Positions 37,868 to 45,396 of a stretch of 64,000 nucleotides of DNA are shown here, one piece after another. The stretch lies in assembly GCA_963717145.1 (NCBI GenBank), contig OY970325.1, positions 1,824,001 to 1,888,000 of the forward strand, given 5' to 3'. The position numbers and the translations under genes were made by a program. The stretch's first letter is position 1. Each line of letters opens with the position of its first letter. The notes below the pieces were generated by a model that ran no database searches, was not told the origin of the DNA, and worked only from the letters and a program-made list of their open reading frames with translations. This stretch comes from an uncultured Armatimonadetes bacterium. GTDB taxonomy: Bacteria > Armatimonadota > UBA5829 > DTJY01.

Positions 37868-38836
37868 TCAGAGTTCCTCATCCAAGCCATCGAGTGGCAA
37901 GTCCAATGTCGTAAGCATCGAGCGCTCCCAGCCCTGAGGGATCGGGGCGCAGCCCCTTGCGAGGAGCGACTCGTTGCCGCCGGGGAGCGGGCCGTCGGAG
38001 GGCTTGTGGACGTAGACCTCCCGCCCGAGCTTGAGCGCGCGGAGGCACTCGGACTCCATCACGCCGCCTGAGCGCACCTCGACCGCCACTACGACATCCG
38101 CCAGCGCGAAGACCATCCGATCGCGCTCCCGGCCGTTCGCGCCGATCCAGCGGTCGTAGAGCCTGAACGGCGAGATCACGAGGTCGCGCTCGGGGTCGAA
38201 CCGCAGATTCCAGATGCGCGCCTGGGCGACCGGCTCCCATCCGAGCCCCTGAGGGAATGCGCTCAGGATGCCCCGGTCGAGCACCAGGACGATCGGCGCG
38301 TTCCTCGACTTTGCGGCGAGCCCGACGATCTGGTAGCCCTGGGTGTTGTGGCTCGTGACGGCGGCGAGCCCCTGGTCGGCGAGCGTGCCGGCGATCTCGC
38401 GCGTGACCTCGATGCTCTTCCCGCCGATGCTCGCGGAGTTGATGACCGCGTACTTCCGGTCCCGCAAGAGGCTGAAGTTGCCGTGCGCGTAGACGATCGG
38501 CGGCGGGTCGTTCGTGTAGTCGCGGAGCATCGAGGGATAGTCGGAATCCTGCTCGGTCATGACCTTGATGTCGAGGCCCTCGGCGGCTGAGGCGATGGTC
38601 GCGTTCGACGGGATCAGCTCGTCCTTACGGAGCGCGATGCAGTGAGCGGCCTCGGGATGGAGCTTGTACTCCGACTGCAGGGTATCAGGCGAGAGGTTCC
38701 ACGCGCGGACATCGGCCAAGCGGACCTGATCGCCGGGCGGACACTCCCTCAGTATGCGTGCGATGCCCTTCGGTCCGAGGTGCGGGACCGAGTGGAGCAT
38801 GAGAGCGAATTGGATGCGGGAGATGTTGGCGGTCAT
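37868..38836 (-). CDS. dprA: DprA/Smf-like DNA-processing protein (divergent)
   Basis: VPHLGPK, DSDYPSMLR....PPPIVYAHGN..LL and RDRMVFALAD.VVAVE...GG......A.KLGREVY motifs. Lacks the usual VGTR and SGLARGID motifs. Confidence 0.75.
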   Translation of the reverse strand: MTANISRIQFALMLHSVPHLGPKGIARILRECPPGDQVRLADVRAWNLSPDTLQSEYKLHPEAAHCIALRKDELIPSNATIASAAEGLDIKVMTEQDSDYPSMLRDYTNDPPPIVYAHGNFSLLRDRKYAVINSASIGGKSIEVTREIAGTLADQGLAAVTSHNTQGYQIVGLAAKSRNAPIVLVLDRGILSAFPQGLGWEPVAQARIWNLRFDPERDLVISPFRLYDRWIGANGRERDRMVFALADVVVAVEVRSGGVMESECLRALKLGREVYVHKPSDGPLPGGNESLLARGCAPIPQGWERSMLTTLDLPLDGLDEEL

Positions 38837-38844
38837 GGTGTTTT

Positions 38845-38927
38845 GCAGAGTATGGGGGTATGGGAGTGTGGGAGTGTGGGAGAGCAGAACGCCCATACCC
38901 CCACACACCCATACTCCCATACTCTGC
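38845..38927. repeat. Octamer-repeat (GTRTGGGA) palindrome
   Basis: gcagagtatgggggtatgggagtgtgggagtgtggg ... cccatacccccacacacccatactcccatactctgc. Confidence 0.85.
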
Positions 38928-39140
38928 TCAAAGTCCTCCCAGCAGTCGGCGGGCATCATCGAGGGCATCGGATTCCTTGCCCTTGCGCTTCTTGACGGTC
39001 TCGATGTCGCGGAGGTCGATCTCGAGCTTGGTGACGCCCTCGAGTTCGACGTTGCCGATATCGAGGACGAGCCAGCCCTCCTCGGTCTTCTCGCCCTTGT
39101 AGCTGGAGGTGAAGCTCATCTTTTCCTTGGGGAATTGCAT
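38928..39140 (-). CDS. Small hypothetical protein
   Basis: 70 aa, GGAGG RBS, host-like codon usage, co-oriented between thyA and dprA. Confidence 0.7.
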   Translation of the reverse strand: MQFPKEKMSFTSSYKGEKTEEGWLVLDIGNVELEGVTKLEIDLRDIETVKKRKGKESDALDDARRLLGGL

Positions 39141-39147
39141 GCATGCC

Positions 39148-39211
39148 TCCTATCGGTCCCATCTGTCTCATACGTCCCATGGGACGCATGAGACAGATGG
39201 GACCTATGGGA
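39148..39211. repeat. Nonamer-repeat palindrome
   Basis: tcctatcggtcccatctgtctcatacgtccc-at-gggacgcatgagacagatgggacctatggga. Confidence 0.85.
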
Positions 39212-39212
39212 C

Positions 39213-40049
39213 TCAGAGCCCCTTGCGACCCGTCGATGCCTCGGCTTTGAGCGATTCGGCGATCTGGATGCGGGCCTCGTCTATGATCTCCTGCACGTCC
39301 TCGGTGTGATATACCCTCTGGTCGAACGTGCGATTCTTGACCGTCTGCAGGAATCCCTCGAACTCGCCGAAATACGACCCGTAGATGTGGAACGAGTCGG
39401 CGATGTGCGTGTACTGCCCCACCCTGATCTCGCGTCCGAGGCGCTCGGACAGCTTCTCTGCAACCGCGCGCTGGAGGTCGGTGAATCCGTACATATTCAT
39501 GAATGCCGCCTTGAACGCATCGTTCGAGCGCATGTGGGCATTTAGGATCAGTTCGTCGTCGAAGACTCGGAACCAGAGCCGCTGGAGGCACGCGGGATCG
39601 GTGATGCCGGCGTCCTCCCATGGCTTCCAGGTGATCGCCTGAGCGCGTCGGGTGTGCGGCGCATCTGCGAGCTGACCGACGACATACTCCATCTGGTCGA
39701 TCGGCTTCCCCAGGCCAGGGACGGAATACGCAGCCAGTCGCTCGTGGTAGGTATACTCCCACTTGCCCGCCGCCGGATCGACCCAGTGATCGTGGATGCC
39801 GTCGACGACCTCCTGCCGATACGCCTCGAGTTCGACGATGCCACCGGGGAAGGCGCGGTGGATGCGCGGCTCGGACATCGGATCGGTGATGGTGATGACG
39901 GCGATGGAGTCGCGACTCGGGGGATCGCCTGGCTTGTCGTACTGGGTGGCGATCGGAGCGCCGTGCTCCCAGGTCTGAATCACGGCGTTTTCCCACGCCT
40001 CGGGGAGCGTCTGAGCGGTTATGTGGACGACGGGTAGGGTCAACGACAT
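39213..40049 (-). CDS. thyA: Thymidylate synthase (short, archaeal-like ThyA)
   Basis: YTYHERL, TRRAQAITW, catalytic DPACLQ, MRSNDA and HIADSFHIY motifs. Confidence 0.85.
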   Translation of the reverse strand: MSLTLPVVHITAQTLPEAWENAVIQTWEHGAPIATQYDKPGDPPSRDSIAVITITDPMSEPRIHRAFPGGIVELEAYRQEVVDGIHDHWVDPAAGKWEYTYHERLAAYSVPGLGKPIDQMEYVVGQLADAPHTRRAQAITWKPWEDAGITDPACLQRLWFRVFDDELILNAHMRSNDAFKAAFMNMYGFTDLQRAVAEKLSERLGREIRVGQYTHIADSFHIYGSYFGEFEGFLQTVKNRTFDQRVYHTEDVQEIIDEARIQIAESLKAEASTGRKGL

Positions 40050-40129
40050 CTCTTGTGCACCTTTCTAGTCAACTGGTTGAATGTTCGCGCCGAGGATGTC
40101 TATCTCCTGCCGGGCACTCATACTCGGAG

Positions 40130-40288
40130 AGCCCAAATTCGAAATCCGAAGCCCGAAATTCGAAACAAATCCGAATACTCAAGAGGGAAATACTTCAAAC
40201 AAAGGCCGGAAATCCGAGTTTGGCTTTTGTTTCTTTCCGGATTTGCCTTTTGTTTCGAATTTCGGGCTTCGGATTTCGAATTTGAGCT
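40130..40288. repeat. AT-rich heptamer-repeat (CGAAATC-like) palindrome
   Basis: agcccaaattcgaaatccgaagcccgaaattcgaaacaaa ... tttgtttcgaatttcgggcttcggatttcgaatttgagct. Confidence 0.9.
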
Positions 40289-41990
40289 AGGGTTGCCTCA
40301 GCATCCGCATCATCTCGGATGGAAGCACCGGGACATACTCCGGGCCGAGGAGCTTCAGGGCATCCACCACGACGGTCGGCGAGTTGAACCAGTTGATCAG
40401 GCAGATGTGAACGAACGCCGGGCGCTCCTTCGGCACGACATCCCTGATCGCATCGGCCAGCAGCTTCGCGCTCTGGTCGTTCGGCGCGGAATTCCCGGGG
40501 GCTGCGAGTGCCCTCAGGACCGATACTCCGCGCGCAACCGTGAATGTGGCGCGCGACGAACTCACTCCCAGCGCCGGCCCGTAGTCGCCGATGATGCCGT
40601 CGAGGTTCGGGAGCTTCCGCGCCCACTCATCGAAGTCGGCGCGCGTCCATGGCACGCCGCTCGTGTCGCCGAGATGAACGATCTGCATGCCCAGCCGGTC
40701 CATCGCCTCGCCGGTGAGCTTCAGGTATTCGTCGTAGACCGCCTGGTGGTTTGCATAGAGGTCCTTGCCGTACAAGGAAGGCGTCTGGAGGCCGATACCC
40801 GCCGTCGAGCAGACGAATTCGTCGTTCGGCGTGCGCGTGCGATACAGATACTCGACCACGTCGGGCATGATCTCGGCCGCAAGCGGGTTGAGCGACCATG
40901 AGATCGGGACCTTCCCACGATCCGCGTTCTCCCACCACTGACCGCTGCGGAAGTACTGCTGTATGTACTGCAGGTTGTCGCCGTCGGTGACGTTGAAGCA
41001 GAGGTAGACCTTAGAGATGTCAACCACCGAGGCACGGAGGTCACGGAGAAGACCCGGATCAGAGTTCTCCCCTCCGTGATCTCCGTGCCTCCGTGGTTCC
41101 TCGAGTCCGGAGTGCACGCTGAGGTTGAAGCAGCCGTCGGTTACGACGATGAACTTGCCCCGTTCGCTCACCAGGCGCTGGAGATCGGGCTCGGTCGCCG
41201 TACCAGGGGGCTGCTCGCCGTATCCACCCCAGCAGCCCATCACCGGCGAGTTCGGCTCGAGGTCCTCCAAGAACTTGAGCAACCATTCGCCGTCGGAGCG
41301 CGTCATGCCGGTGCTCATCCAGAACGGCATGATCTTGTGCGCCACCAGGTAGTCGCGGAGGACGATGTGCGACGGGCAGGTGAACGCGAACACACTGTGG
41401 TTCGCTCTGGGCCACAGCTCCCTGTACGCCCACTCGTACGCTTCGCCGGGATTGTTCCACTTCCCTCTGGCATCGAGCGCCACCGGGAGCTTGAGCTTCT
41501 CGTGCAACTCAGCGGTCACCGGGATGGTGTTGTTGATCGCGCAGTAGAGGGTCAGTGCGTTGAGCTTGTGGAGTGACTCGGGGTTTGCGGCCAGGTTCGA
41601 TTCGTAGAGGACCGCGCCCTTAACGCTCGATCGAAACTTCGAGACGAGGGTGAGCGGATCGGACACCTCTTCGAAGGAATAGCCCTTCTCTCGCAGGCCG
41701 TCCATCCACTTGGGAATCGCCGCCGGGGTATGCCAGCCGGGGTTCTGCGTGATGTAAATCCTTGGCTGCTCCCGGTTCACGAGGCCTTGCAGGACGGTGA
41801 GCGCCAGGCGGATGTCATCCGGCGCATCGAGCAGGTTGACGTGCTGAAGGGTCTTCGCCGGCGGGGGACACTTCGGGAAGACCGGCAGCTTCCGACCGAG
41901 CCTGCCTTCCTTTGCCAAACCGGGCGAAACGGCATCTGCCGCCGACGCACATAGCAGAATGATCATCGAGAGAACAAGCAGCCTGGACAT
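40287..41990 (-). CDS. GxGYxYP-family putative glycoside hydrolase carrying an in-frame palindromic insert
   Basis: Signal peptide; LQGLVNREQPRIY, LRDYLVA, NLSVHSG, F.VTDGDNLQY and RGKVPISWS.NP motifs. Confidence 0.8.
   Translation of the reverse strand: MSRLLVLSMIILLCASAADAVSPGLAKEGRLGRKLPVFPKCPPPAKTLQHVNLLDAPDDIRLALTVLQGLVNREQPRIYITQNPGWHTPAAIPKWMDGLREKGYSFEEVSDPLTLVSKFRSSVKGAVLYESNLAANPESLHKLNALTLYCAINNTIPVTAELHEKLKLPVALDARGKWNNPGEAYEWAYRELWPRANHSVFAFTCPSHIVLRDYLVAHKIMPFWMSTGMTRSDGEWLLKFLEDLEPNSPVMGCWGGYGEQPPGTATEPDLQRLVSERGKFIVVTDGCFNLSVHSGLEEPRRHGDHGGENSDPGLLRDLRASVVDISKVYLCFNVTDGDNLQYIQQYFRSGQWWENADRGKVPISWSLNPLAAEIMPDVVEYLYRTRTPNDEFVCSTAGIGLQTPSLYGKDLYANHQAVYDEYLKLTGEAMDRLGMQIVHLGDTSGVPWTRADFDEWARKLPNLDGIIGDYGPALGVSSSRATFTVARGVSVLRALAAPGNSAPNDQSAKLLADAIRDVVPKERPAFVHICLINWFNSPTVVVDALKLLGPEYVPVLPSEMMRMLRQP
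41022..41098. repeat. Nonamer-repeat (CACGGAG) palindrome inside a CDS
   Basis: aaccaccgaggcacggaggtcacggag and ctccgtgatctccgtgcctccgtggtt form 27-bp arms with 2 mismatches. Confidence 0.88.
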
Positions 41991-42000
41991 GGCACGCCTT

Positions 42001-42804
42001 TCAGAAGCTCTGCTCTTCGCCGGGGAAGTCACCGTCCCGGACCGCCGCTGCGTACTCTTTGAACGCGTTTGTCATCTGAGCGCCGATCTCCGCGAACCTC
42101 CTGGCGTGTTTCGGCGTCCCGTTCACCGTCAGGCCGAGGAGATCGTGGAGCACGAGCACCTGCCCGTCGCAGTCCGGTCCCGCGCCGATCCCGATCGTCG
42201 GGACGGAAACCGCCGCCGTAACCTCGCGAGCGAGTTCCCGCGGGATGACTTCGAGCACGATGGAGAAGACTCCGGCGGCTTCGAGTTCACGCGCGTCGCT
42301 GAGGATGCGCTCGGCCTCGGATGTGGTCCGGCCCTGGACCCGCGGCCCGCCGAACTTGAACTTCGACTGCGGGGTGTAGCCGAGGTGGCCCATGACCGGA
42401 ATGCCAGCGTCGATGATGCTCTTCACGGCATCGATGACAAGGTGGCCGCCTTCGAGCTTCACCGCATGGATGCCCGCCTCCTGCATGTATCGTCCCGCGT
42501 TCCGAAGCGCCTCCTCCGGGCTGATCTGGTAGGACATGAACGGCATGTCGCCGACCACCAGCGCATGTTCGACACCCCGCGTGACGGCACTCGCATGGTG
42601 GATCATCATCTCCATCGTGACCGGCAGGGTGCTCTCGAGGCCGAGCACGACTTCGCCGAGCGAGTCTCCCACCAGGACGATGTCGATCCCGGCGGCGTCC
42701 ATCAGCTTTGCGGTCGGATAGTCATAGGCGGTCAAGACGGCGATCTTCTCGCCTTTCGCCTTCTTCTCGACGATGCTTTTCGTGGTGATCCGTTTGCCGT
42801 TCAT
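42001..42804 (-). CDS. panB: 3-methyl-2-oxobutanoate hydroxymethyltransferase
   Basis: LTAYDY, LVGDSLG, DMPFMSY, VKLEGG, MGHLG.TPQ and IGIGAG..CDGQVLV motifs. Confidence 0.97.
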   Translation of the reverse strand: MNGKRITTKSIVEKKAKGEKIAVLTAYDYPTAKLMDAAGIDIVLVGDSLGEVVLGLESTLPVTMEMMIHHASAVTRGVEHALVVGDMPFMSYQISPEEALRNAGRYMQEAGIHAVKLEGGHLVIDAVKSIIDAGIPVMGHLGYTPQSKFKFGGPRVQGRTTSEAERILSDARELEAAGVFSIVLEVIPRELAREVTAAVSVPTIGIGAGPDCDGQVLVLHDLLGLTVNGTPKHARRFAEIGAQMTNAFKEYAAAVRDGDFPGEEQSF

Positions 42805-42825
42805 ATCAGTCCTCACAATGCGTCT

Positions 42826-44010
42826 CTAGAAATGATCCGGAAGCCAGAAGGCCGGGCGCTGCCTCGGGAAGAGCGCCGATATGATCTCCGTGGCTTCCGA
42901 TGTCGTTTCGATGCCAAGCTCCTCGATGCTCTTGATCCCGAGGAGCAGGCAGAAGAAGTCGGGCTGGCTCATCGGGACGCGGGTTGGCTTTCGCGCGCCC
43001 TGAACGACCTCGCCCTTCTCGACGGTCAGCGCCAGACTGCCCATCTCCGTGTCGAGACTCACCGCGCCCGACAGCGGATTCGACTCCCGCGCGCGACGGT
43101 TCAACTCGGGCATCAGTCGCCGCCCGAGCGACGTCATGTTCGTCACCAGGCACATTCCGCCCCTGCTCTCCGTGACCTTGAAGTCGTCGATGACGTCCTG
43201 AAACGCCGAGAGCACCGCCGGTTCCTCCGGAACATAGGCATGGATCGTCTTGACCCCTCGGTCGCGCATCCGGACCGCGTTCGAGTGCATCAGTGGCCCG
43301 ATGCATCTTCCGTGAGCGGCGAGATACCCCAGTTCGCCGATCGAGGAGTTCTCGCCGTTCGAATTGGCGAGGAGATAGCCGACTACCGACCCATTGTACT
43401 CCGCCACGAGGGTGTCCTCCTGCGGTCCGAATCTGGGCACGACGTATCCCTGCCAGTACTCCGGCGTGCGAGCAGTCGTGTACGCACGTCCACCGCTGAA
43501 CGACTTGTGGGACTCCTCCAGGGCAGGGAGGTCAGTCGAGAAGTCGCAGGCCCGGACGACGTAACCCGTCGAATCGCCGTCGAGGTCATGGCGGATGGCT
43601 CCTGAGAAGATCTTCGTCGGCACGGACCGCCATCCGAGCCGACCATAGAAATCGCGGATGCCGGTGAAGAGCACCGAGAAGTCCATGCCATGGCGCTTCA
43701 TCACGCGGATGATGTCCCTGAGGCATTGGGTGTTGTACCCTCTGCCTCGGTAGTCCGGGTCCGTTACAACGCACGCGATCCCGCCCATAATGAGTTCGGC
43801 GCTCCCGACGTAGACCTTGCGCTCGACGACCTGCACGGCGCTGACGAGCTTACCATCCTCCTCGCAGACGCGTGTGTAGGCCCGACGGTACCACGGGTCG
43901 CCGTAGAAGTAGGGCGCGAAGAGACTCCTCGGCACGGGAGCGAAGACCTTCTCCCACAGGTCGAGGCATTCTTCGTATTCAGACGGCTTGACGGAACGGA
44001 AGACGGGCAT
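42826..44010 (-). CDS. Eis-like GNAT acetyltransferase
   Basis: MGGIACVVTDPDYRGRGY and FYGRLGW motifs; tandem GNAT folds with an SCP2-like tail. Confidence 0.8.
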   Translation of the reverse strand: MPVFRSVKPSEYEECLDLWEKVFAPVPRSLFAPYFYGDPWYRRAYTRVCEEDGKLVSAVQVVERKVYVGSAELIMGGIACVVTDPDYRGRGYNTQCLRDIIRVMKRHGMDFSVLFTGIRDFYGRLGWRSVPTKIFSGAIRHDLDGDSTGYVVRACDFSTDLPALEESHKSFSGGRAYTTARTPEYWQGYVVPRFGPQEDTLVAEYNGSVVGYLLANSNGENSSIGELGYLAAHGRCIGPLMHSNAVRMRDRGVKTIHAYVPEEPAVLSAFQDVIDDFKVTESRGGMCLVTNMTSLGRRLMPELNRRARESNPLSGAVSLDTEMGSLALTVEKGEVVQGARKPTRVPMSQPDFFCLLLGIKSIEELGIETTSEATEIISALFPRQRPAFWLPDHF

Positions 44011-44035
44011 TTCCACTCTCTTTCTAACGCCACCC

Positions 44036-44141
44036 CCGTCAGTCCTGAGTAGCCGGTGAATGACGGCGTAACGAAGGACGGCCTTACTGCACCAGCCGTC
44101 CTTCGTTACGCCGTCATTCACCGGCTACTCAGGACTGACGG
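44036..44141. repeat. CGTC-type palindromic repeat, copy 2
   Basis: ccgtcagtcctgagtagccggtgaatgacggcgtaacgaaggacggc ... gccgtccttcgttacgccgtcattcaccggctactcaggactgacgg. Confidence 0.92.
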
Positions 44142-44149
44142 TTCCTGTC

Positions 44150-45319
44150 TCAAGTCTCAAGTCTAAGCCGGTCGTACTGCTCCCGGATCATATTCGCCAA
44201 CTCGGATGCCGGATCGATCTCGCAGACATCGCGGAACACCTTATCGAGGCCGCCATCTCGGATCATCGTCTGGATCTCGAGCGCCGCCGGGTCGTCAGGA
44301 TTGTCGAACCGAAGGGCCGCCGCAGTCCCGACGCAGACGTTGGTCGGCCTGATGCCGTACTCCAGGCAAAGCTTCGCGCCCCCGATCATGCGGTCGTCCG
44401 GGCCGAGCTTGCGGACCGGATCTCTTCCCACGCGCGAGACCTGATCCCCAAGCGCTACGTTCGAGAAGCGGTCGAGCAGGTCGTCGATGTGCGCCTGATG
44501 CTTCTCCTTCGTGAAGCCGTGCTTCGCGATCAACGCCGCCCCGGTCTCGGCAAGCGCGGCCTCGACGATCTTCCGGACCTCGGGATCGCGCATCGACTGC
44601 CACACGAACTCGTAGCCCTTGAGCCAACCGAGATACGCCGACGTCGCGTGCCCGAGGTTGTGGGTGAAAAGCTTGCGCTCGATGTACGCCTCGAAGTTGT
44701 CATAGGGCTCGAAGCCGATGATCTTCGGCACATCTCCTCTGAAACCGCGCGCATCGACGGGAAGCCGCTTGTACGCCTCGACGATGATGAGCAGCGGATC
44801 CCGCTTCTTCTGCTCCTGAGTCATCACGGGGACCATTCGGCTGACGACGGATCCGACGAAGCCGATGTGCGCGTCCATATACGCGACGTATCCGGCGGGG
44901 AGCGCGTCCAGGATGTGCCCGCGGAGAGTCTCCCCGGCGGTGAGCAGGTTTTCGCAGATGACGATGTTCAGCGGTTCCTCGATCCCCGCATCGGCTCGAA
45001 GCTCGATCCCCCGGGCGATGGCGGGCGCGACGTGCCGGAGGACGTTGACACCGACGGCGGTGCATACGAGCGAGCAATCCCTGACCTCACGCGCGACAGC
45101 CTCGCGGTCGGAGCCATGGACCGCGCGGATGTTGGTGATCGTCACGATCTCCGGGTGTTCGGAGGCGATCTCGATGGGGTAACTCCCGCGCTCGTTGATA
45201 AGATCGACGACCTCATCGATCACGTCGACGAATACGACCTCATATCCCGACTCCGTGAACAACTGCGCGGTGAATCCCCGCCCGATATTGCCCGCCCCGA
45301 ATTGGATTGCTTTTTTCAA
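44150..45319 (-). CDS. mtlD: Mannitol-1-phosphate 5-dehydrogenase
   Basis: KAIQFGAGNIGRGF, TAVG, ICEN, VSRMVP, YIERKLFTHN.GHA and RVGRDP.RKL motifs; TTG start. Confidence 0.88.
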   Translation of the reverse strand: MKKAIQFGAGNIGRGFTAQLFTESGYEVVFVDVIDEVVDLINERGSYPIEIASEHPEIVTITNIRAVHGSDREAVAREVRDCSLVCTAVGVNVLRHVAPAIARGIELRADAGIEEPLNIVICENLLTAGETLRGHILDALPAGYVAYMDAHIGFVGSVVSRMVPVMTQEQKKRDPLLIIVEAYKRLPVDARGFRGDVPKIIGFEPYDNFEAYIERKLFTHNLGHATSAYLGWLKGYEFVWQSMRDPEVRKIVEAALAETGAALIAKHGFTKEKHQAHIDDLLDRFSNVALGDQVSRVGRDPVRKLGPDDRMIGGAKLCLEYGIRPTNVCVGTAAALRFDNPDDPAALEIQTMIRDGGLDKVFRDVCEIDPASELANMIREQYDRLRLET

Positions 45320-45355
45320 TGGTTGATCCTCTCTCGCTCGCCATCGTCCAACCAC

Positions 45356-45386
45356 GTAGGGAACGGGACAGCGCCACGTTCCCTAC
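45356..45386. repeat. Short GTAG-type hairpin
   Basis: gtagggaacg ... cgttccctac; a similar unit is at 36736..36774. Confidence 0.6.
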
Positions 45387-45396
45387 ACGATGTCGG

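Noticed and set aside
36789-38836. Calling TIR plus DprA/SLOG a Thoeris system
   Set aside because: The neighbour is DprA-like, with no Sir2 or Macro/TM ThsA architecture; kept only as a hypothesis.
38845-40288. Short tandem repeats as a possible CRISPR array
   Set aside because: Units are 7-9 nt arranged as inverted arms without unique spacers, and there are no cas genes.
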